Positions 26,204 to 31,243 of a stretch of DNA of 31,243 nucleotides are shown here, one piece after another. This DNA is from a virus (Duplodnaviria; Caudoviricetes), in the IMG/VR virus record IMGVR_UViG_3300037851_000533, positions 1-31,243 of that record. One strand, 5' to 3'. Position numbers and translations under genes: made by a program. The notes beneath the pieces were generated by a model. The model did not search any database. It saw only the letters and a program-made list of their open reading frames with translations, and had not been told where the DNA came from. The first letter of the stretch is position 1, and every line of letters begins with the position of its first letter.

Positions 26204-26565
26204 TGGCGCTCCCGACAACCGCATGGCTTCAAGCTAATTTTGCGCCGATCTATGCGCTGATAGATAGTGTCGGCACAACCGTTATCATTCGTGAAAACAC
26301 CGCGCCGGGCGCATGGTCTGATCACGGGCCGATTAAAGCCAAAATCAACCCTGTCAAAATGGAAGACCTGATACAAGGCTCATCGGTCAAGCAAGGCGAT
26401 ATGTTTGTTATCGTAAAGGCTGACAGCTTTCCTGTTGCCCGCCAGCTTGAACAGAAGGACCGCATACGTATTGATGGCAGGGACTATTCGGTTATCAATG
26501 ACGACCGGCACCAGCACCGCATAGGCGACAAGACCTATGCCCGCGTCATTCATGTGAGGGGGTAG
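26203..26565 (+). CDS. Head closure/stopper protein
   Basis: KDRIRIDGRDYSVI...IHVRG beta-barrel pattern; size and position; RBS GAGGGG. Confidence 0.7.
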   Translation: MALPTTAWLQANFAPIYALIDSVGTTVIIRENTAPGAWSDHGPIKAKINPVKMEDLIQGSSVKQGDMFVIVKADSFPVARQLEQKDRIRIDGRDYSVINDDRHQHRIGDKTYARVIHVRG

Positions 26566-26568
26566 CGC

Positions 26569-27375
26569 ATGGTTGACATTGCAACACTGCCTAATTCGAC
26601 GACGATCAGCCGAACCAACAAGCACGGGACAATAACCATGACGACGATCATGGATACGTTGCCGCTGCGAGGCATTTTCGAGGAGATAAGGCAGGACTAT
26701 ATCAAGATTGCCCGAACAGAAATAAACGAGGTTTTCGGCACTGACTGGAGCAAGATAACCGTTCGTGTGGACGGTAATACCGAGCGCCCTATTGAAAACG
26801 CGACACTGGGCGGCAGCGGCATTGACGCATTTGAGGACGTCACTGTCTATGCCGACGAGATGATGGCGGCTTTTCAGGCGGCGTGGAACTATCTTACCGG
26901 CTTTCGTTTCACTAAATCCGGGCGCTCAACAGGCCGCTATGCGAGCGGCTTGACTGTCCTAGTGAACGGCATCGAACAAATGCCTGTCAGGGAAAAGATA
27001 GGTGCCAAGACTGTTATTCAGATATTCACGACCGCGCGTCATGCTTCACCGATTGAAAGCATTTACGCAGGCAATGTGATGTTGGCCGCAAGGAATCGCG
27101 CCAAGGCCGCTACCGGCGGCAAGGAAATAGGCGTATCTTTCACCTATCGCAAAGCCAGAGGCAATATAACGCAGGAGCCGTCAAAGTGGAATCCTCTGGC
27201 TATTCCCGTCATAGAAATAGGCGGAATCGCGGCTGGAACGACCGATGAAGTCGGCAATGTTTCGGAAAACTTGCGGCGTGTTCCCAGAAGGAAAAAACCC
27301 AATCTTGTCAAGCGTCGCATACTTGGGGAGGAACGGGAGTTTTCAGGGCCAGCACCGCGAAGGAGAAGGCGCTAA
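26569..27375 (+). CDS. Neck/tail completion protein (HK97 gp10-like position)
   Basis: STGRYASG motif, basic C-terminus, position between stopper and tail terminator. Confidence 0.55.
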   Translation: MVDIATLPNSTTISRTNKHGTITMTTIMDTLPLRGIFEEIRQDYIKIARTEINEVFGTDWSKITVRVDGNTERPIENATLGGSGIDAFEDVTVYADEMMAAFQAAWNYLTGFRFTKSGRSTGRYASGLTVLVNGIEQMPVREKIGAKTVIQIFTTARHASPIESIYAGNVMLAARNRAKAATGGKEIGVSFTYRKARGNITQEPSKWNPLAIPVIEIGGIAAGTTDEVGNVSENLRRVPRRKKPNLVKRRILGEEREFSGPAPRRRRR

Positions 27376-27785
27376 TGTCGGCCCGTGACGAATTTTACAC
27401 ATGGCTTCAGGCCAATTGGGCGTCAACGCCGCTTTATGCGCTTGACGACTATGTTTCGCTTGACGACCTGCCCGCAACCAATGAAGCGCCTGTTCTGCTT
27501 GTCGATTTCCCGCCTGCGCTGGAGCGGCTTGTAACCATAGCTGTCAACCAGAAACAGGGTTGGCGGGAAGACGGCGAGTTTCAACTGTTTATGCTTCACC
27601 CTGTCGGCTATCCGGTTGCGCCAACAAGGTTCCTATGCGAGCAAATACGTGATATGGTTCGCGCCAAGCGTATCGGACAGACAGTTACAATGGCTTGCGA
27701 ACCATTTTCGGCCTATGGTGAGTATGATGGCAAGTGGCTTTTGTTTGTGGCTTTTGTCAATTATTACAGGGACGCTTTTAACTAA
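27375..27785 (+). CDS. Tail terminator protein
   Basis: 136 aa directly before the tail tube gene; WREDG.FQL motif; TAATG coupling. Confidence 0.65.
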   Translation: MSARDEFYTWLQANWASTPLYALDDYVSLDDLPATNEAPVLLVDFPPALERLVTIAVNQKQGWREDGEFQLFMLHPVGYPVAPTRFLCEQIRDMVRAKRIGQTVTMACEPFSAYGEYDGKWLLFVAFVNYYRDAFN

Positions 27786-27805
27786 GTTATTGAGGAGTAA
27801 GGAAA

Positions 27806-29044
27806 ATGGCTGACCCGACTTCCGTAGAGGTGATTGCGCTTAAGGAAGTTACCTATGGGGTAACACCTGCTTTGGCCACCGCAACGGCAGACACCGTTCG
27901 CAAGACAAGCGAAAGCCTGTCCGGGACGCCGACGACGACCGAAAGCGCGGAATTGCGTAATGATCGCATGAGCGGCGGCTTGGTTGTCACAGGGCTTGAA
28001 TCCGGCGGTGATATTAACTTCGAGCTAAGCAAGGACGCGCTTTACGAGCAATTCTTTGCTGGCGTCATGATGAGCGATTGGGTGCAGGGCGCGGCACTTG
28101 CGGCGGCTGCTACTGTTCTGACTAAGCAGGCAGCGCCCAACGACCAGCTTGCGACGATCACCATTACAGGCGACACTGCCGACTTTGACGGAAATGGCCG
28201 CGCATTGAAGCCCGGTGACGTTATCGTTCTTGGCGGCTTTACCAACCATGCGAACAATACGCCCGTTCAAGTTGTTTCGATCACTGACGCAACCAACTTT
28301 GTCGCTGTTGTCCCGCGTGACGCGGTAACCGAGACTGCCGCCAATGGCCTTGTGCAGATTGCCGATTATGTTGACATCGGCAAGACCGTTTCGAGCTGGA
28401 CGCTAAGCAAGGCTTACAATGACGTGATGCACCTTGCGACGACCGATATTCACAGCCAGCGTTATACTGGCAGCCTTGTGAATACTATGTCGATTGCTAT
28501 TGAATACGGGGCAATCGTCACTGGCACATTTGGCTTCCTGTCAAACGGATACGATCAGGAACATCCGTCACTTCATCAAAAACTTGTGGCGGCGGGCGGC
28601 ACCGTTCATCCCGCTGGCACGGCCAACCCGATGAACGGTTCTGTCGATATGAACCTTGTCACGGTGGCAGGCCAGCCGACTGAATTTTGCATTCAGTCCA
28701 TGTCTATTGAGATGAACAACAATGCTACGCCGCAAAATTGCATCGGTCACTTAGCGCCGATGAAATACAATCTTGGGACGGCAAATATCTCAATCAATAC
28801 AAGCATTTATCTTGGCGATGCAAGTTATGATAAATTTATGCCTGCGAAACTTTCGATGGTTCCGATAAGCCTTCTGTTCGGCGCGCAGAATGCAGATGGC
28901 GGTTACGCTTTCGATTTGCGGGCTGTTCAGTTGTCGTTCCCTGACCCCGCTCAATCGGGCGACCAGCCGGTCATGATCGAGGCGCAAGGCACTGCCAAAG
29001 TCGGCCCGAATGGTGCATCGGCTCTCCGTATCTGGCGTTGGTAA
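27806..29044 (+). CDS. Major tail tube protein
   Basis: EVTYGVTP, ESAELRNDRM, GGDINFELS, IEMNNN; strong RBS GAGGAG. Confidence 0.88.
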   Translation: MADPTSVEVIALKEVTYGVTPALATATADTVRKTSESLSGTPTTTESAELRNDRMSGGLVVTGLESGGDINFELSKDALYEQFFAGVMMSDWVQGAALAAAATVLTKQAAPNDQLATITITGDTADFDGNGRALKPGDVIVLGGFTNHANNTPVQVVSITDATNFVAVVPRDAVTETAANGLVQIADYVDIGKTVSSWTLSKAYNDVMHLATTDIHSQRYTGSLVNTMSIAIEYGAIVTGTFGFLSNGYDQEHPSLHQKLVAAGGTVHPAGTANPMNGSVDMNLVTVAGQPTEFCIQSMSIEMNNNATPQNCIGHLAPMKYNLGTANISINTSIYLGDASYDKFMPAKLSMVPISLLFGAQNADGGYAFDLRAVQLSFPDPAQSGDQPVMIEAQGTAKVGPNGASALRIWRW

Positions 29045-29070
29045 TTTTCAACTTGGTAGGAGTTAATTAA

Positions 29071-29523
29071 ATGGGGTTAGAAAAATATCGCACACCTGAA
29101 CCGGTTATCTTTGAACTGGAGGGCGAGGAGTTTCGGATTGTTCTGCCGACAAAGTGGAACAAGCCTTATACTCGCACATGGCAGGATGTGCTCGCTGGCA
29201 AAATGCAAGTGGGTGCCGATGGCACTACGTCAGGTCTTGATAAGGTAAATCCGCTTGAACTTATGGAAGCGCAGCGGGTTGCCTTTGCCGAGCATTGCGT
29301 TGTTGATGGACCAATCCTGGGCGATGACTTGCGCGACAACTATGGCCCGTTACTTGAAATTCTGTTTGATGCCGCCACTGCAAAAGCCAATGAGGAAGAG
29401 GATGGCTTCAACGCCGCCGTGGGAAAGTTTCTGACTACATCCGCTGGCAAGAAAAATGGAAAGGCCGGTTCGATTTCTATGACAAAATCAAGCAGGCAGG
29501 GAGAGTCGCGCCCGCCGATGTGA
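29071..29523 (+). CDS. Tail assembly chaperone (gpG-like)
   Basis: Between tail tube and tape measure genes; contains the slippery site. Confidence 0.85.
   Translation: MGLEKYRTPEPVIFELEGEEFRIVLPTKWNKPYTRTWQDVLAGKMQVGADGTTSGLDKVNPLELMEAQRVAFAEHCVVDGPILGDDLRDNYGPLLEILFDAATAKANEEEDGFNAAVGKFLTTSAGKKNGKAGSISMTKSSRQGESRPPM
29421..29427 (+). promoter_or_regulatory. Programmed -1 ribosomal frameshift site G GGA AAG
   Basis: Same heptamer as lambda G/GT, in the correct register; the -1 frame stays open to 29729. Confidence 0.9.
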
Positions 29524-29729
29524 TGCCCGATATAACGGGAGTGCACTGGCTGATTGAGGCATTTGGGGAGCTTTCGACGACAAGGACTTACACCTTCGGA
29601 GGCGCTGCAAACATTCCTGTTACCGCGATTTGGCAGTGGTATGATAGATATGGCGGGCCGGGATGGTTGGTTCCGGCATTGCTTGAAATAGATGGTGTCT
29701 GGCTGGGGATGGTGCAGAAGAATGGCTGA
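29421..29729 (+). CDS. gpT-like C-terminal extension of the chaperone (G-T fusion)
   Basis: -1 frame GKVSDYIRWQ...AFGELSTTR...IPVTAIWQW...EID.VWL. Confidence 0.85.
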   Translation, partial: GKVSDYIRWQEKWKGRFDFYDKIKQAGRVAPADVMPDITGVHWLIEAFGELSTTRTYTFGGAANIPVTAIWQWYDRYGGPGWLVPALLEIDGVWLGMVQKNG

Positions 29730-31243
29730 CAAGGTTCAAAACGTCATCGTCAAAATCCGCGTCGATGGCGATGTCAAAGCGATCAACGCACTAGCCAATT
29801 TGGAGCGGGCGCAAGCAAGAACGGTGCTTGCCGCAGAGAGAGCGGCTAGGGCAACCGGCGGTTTAACTAAAGCCCAACTGGACGCGCAAAAGGTTCAACG
29901 CACTGTCACTCAGGGCTATGCACAGGCGGGGCAGCAAATTCAGGATTTCGCCGTTCAAGTGTCAAGCGGCCAAAGTGCGGCGGTGGCGGCTGCGCAACAA
30001 TTACCGCAGCTTGGTTTTGTGTTGTCGAATATCAGCACACAGGCAACTGGTGCAGCGGCGATATTCAGAGGTTTTGGCGCTTTTCTGGCAGGGCCTTGGG
30101 GGACGGCTTTGACGATTGCGGCGGCTGTTATTGTGCCGTTGGTTTCCAAACTTTTTGAGAGCAAGGATGCTGCTGAAAAAGCAAAAGAATCCAAGGAAAA
30201 ATTAGCTGATTCATATAGAAAATTCATTGAAGCCTCTGAAAGTCTTGATGAAGCCTTAGGCAAAAATATCGCAAAATATAGGGTTGTCCGCGAAGAAGCG
30301 ATAAAGACGGCAAGGGCCGAATTATTTGCGGCTGGTAATGCTTTGATTGCTGCTGAAATGAGGGCGCGTGCAGCGCAGTCAAATTTGAAAGCAAATCGAG
30401 ATATGGCTGTCGGCGGCGTTCCGGGGACAGGAATGGCGATTGAGGGCTTTCGGAAAGCAGGCGCAAAAAGGGAACTGGATAAAGCAAATGCGGAAATAGA
30501 GGAACAAACACAAAAACTGGCTGAATGGCGAACTGCATTGAAAAATGCAGAAAGGGATTTGGTTAATTTTGACAAAAAATTAGCCGGTAATTCCAGTGGC
30601 GGTGGCAAATCAGGCGGTGGCAAATCAGGCGGTGGCGCGGTTGCTGCTGCTAAGGCTGAATTGACGCCATTGCAAAAATTGCTTGAAGAATTGGTGAAAT
30701 TCAAAACGCCTGCCCAAGAGGCACAGACGCAGATTGAATTGCTGGGCAAGGCAATCGAAGTTTTCAATCGTCAAAAGGCGGCGGGTGCCGATGTCGATGA
30801 CGCGCTTGCGGAGGCAGCTAAGCGACTGGCCAAGGCGCAAGAGGATTTGGCGATTGCGGAAGCGCCGTGGCAGCAACACACCAAAGAAGCGCGTGAATAT
30901 GCAAAGTCTATCGAGGACGCGAAAAAGGATTTGGAGGAATTGCAAGCCAGGTTGGCGCTGTGGAAAGGTGATGGAGCCGCTGTTACCGTAGGCGATTTCG
31001 GTGAAAACAAAGAAGCAACCAAAAGCGCCAAGGAAATAGAGTTTCTCGAAAAGCGTATCGAGGAATTACAGAACAAGATAGACCCTGCACGTTCTGCCAT
31101 TCTCGATCTGGCGAAAAGCTTTGAATATGCCAGCCCGAAAGCAAAAAGCATTGCCGATGAAATAAAGAAGCTCGATGACGCACTAGCCCTTTACGACAAG
31201 GCGCTTAATGAAGGCGGCGGCGAGATATTCAGCACGGAAGCCG
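29722..31243 (+). CDS. Tape measure protein (3' end truncated by the window)
   Basis: MADKVQNVIVKIRVDGD...QIQDFAVQVSSGQSAAVAAAQQLPQL (lambda-type TMP motif), LAGPWG, long Ala/Lys/Glu helical region. Confidence 0.9.
   Translation, partial: MADKVQNVIVKIRVDGDVKAINALANLERAQARTVLAAERAARATGGLTKAQLDAQKVQRTVTQGYAQAGQQIQDFAVQVSSGQSAAVAAAQQLPQLGFVLSNISTQATGAAAIFRGFGAFLAGPWGTALTIAAAVIVPLVSKLFESKDAAEKAKESKEKLADSYRKFIEASESLDEALGKNIAKYRVVREEAIKTARAELFAAGNALIAAEMRARAAQSNLKANRDMAVGGVPGTGMAIEGFRKAGAKRELDKANAEIEEQTQKLAEWRTALKNAERDLVNFDKKLAGNSSGGGKSGGGKSGGGAVAAAKAELTPLQKLLEELVKFKTPAQEAQTQIELLGKAIEVFNRQKAAGADVDDALAEAAKRLAKAQEDLAIAEAPWQQHTKEAREYAKSIEDAKKDLEELQARLALWKGDGAAVTVGDFGENKEATKSAKEIEFLEKRIEELQNKIDPARSAILDLAKSFEYASPKAKSIADEIKKLDDALALYDKALNEGGGEIFSTEA

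Larger units (their letters stand above)
1..31243 (+). mobile_element. Tailed phage/prophage segment (replication, packaging, head and tail modules)
   Basis: Ordered terS-terL, HK97-type protease, capsid and portal, head-tail genes, tail tube, frameshifted chaperones and tape measure gene; no host housekeeping genes. Confidence 0.97.

Noticed and set aside
30595-30637. 15-bp repeat GGCGGTGGCAAATCA in the tape measure gene
   Set aside because: Encodes an ordinary GGGKS linker; no evidence of a separate function.
29955-30767. 270-aa ORF-track entry inside the tape measure region
   Set aside because: Its Ser/Ala/Phe-rich sequence is the antisense shadow of the TMP frame; the real gene is the 29722 frame that runs off the window.

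Overview
The whole window is part of a tailed dsDNA phage or prophage genome (siphovirus-type, HK97-like head, lambda-like tail). Nearly all genes are on the + strand, in this order: replicative AAA helicase (5' end cut by the window), an IS607 element (tnpA+tnpB, - strand) that splits a PD-(D/E)XK nuclease gene, a probable replication origin (repeats and an 88-bp hairpin), packaging HNH, cos-like region, terS, terL, an accessory cassette (RHH regulator plus two secreted low-complexity proteins), prohead protease, major capsid protein, portal, a 2215-aa collagen/fibre-like protein, head-tail joining genes, tail tube, G/GT chaperones with a GGGAAAG -1 frameshift, and the tape measure gene (3' end cut). 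The late operon carries four homing-endonuclease-like genes. Most unusual: (1) an antisense-inserted endonuclease gene is overlaid by a 435-codon open + strand frame coupled to both flanking genes (TAATG / TAGTG), while its sense-oriented paralog has at least 12 codons that would break such a frame; (2) a secreted, amyloid-like two-protein cassette with its own promoter and terminator; (3) an HNH gene that split the protease gene and supplies a diverged replacement N-terminus; (4) a duplicated IS607 right end that gives a repeat-spacer-hairpin unit twice downstream of tnpB. All family calls come from motif recognition by eye; no database searches were run.
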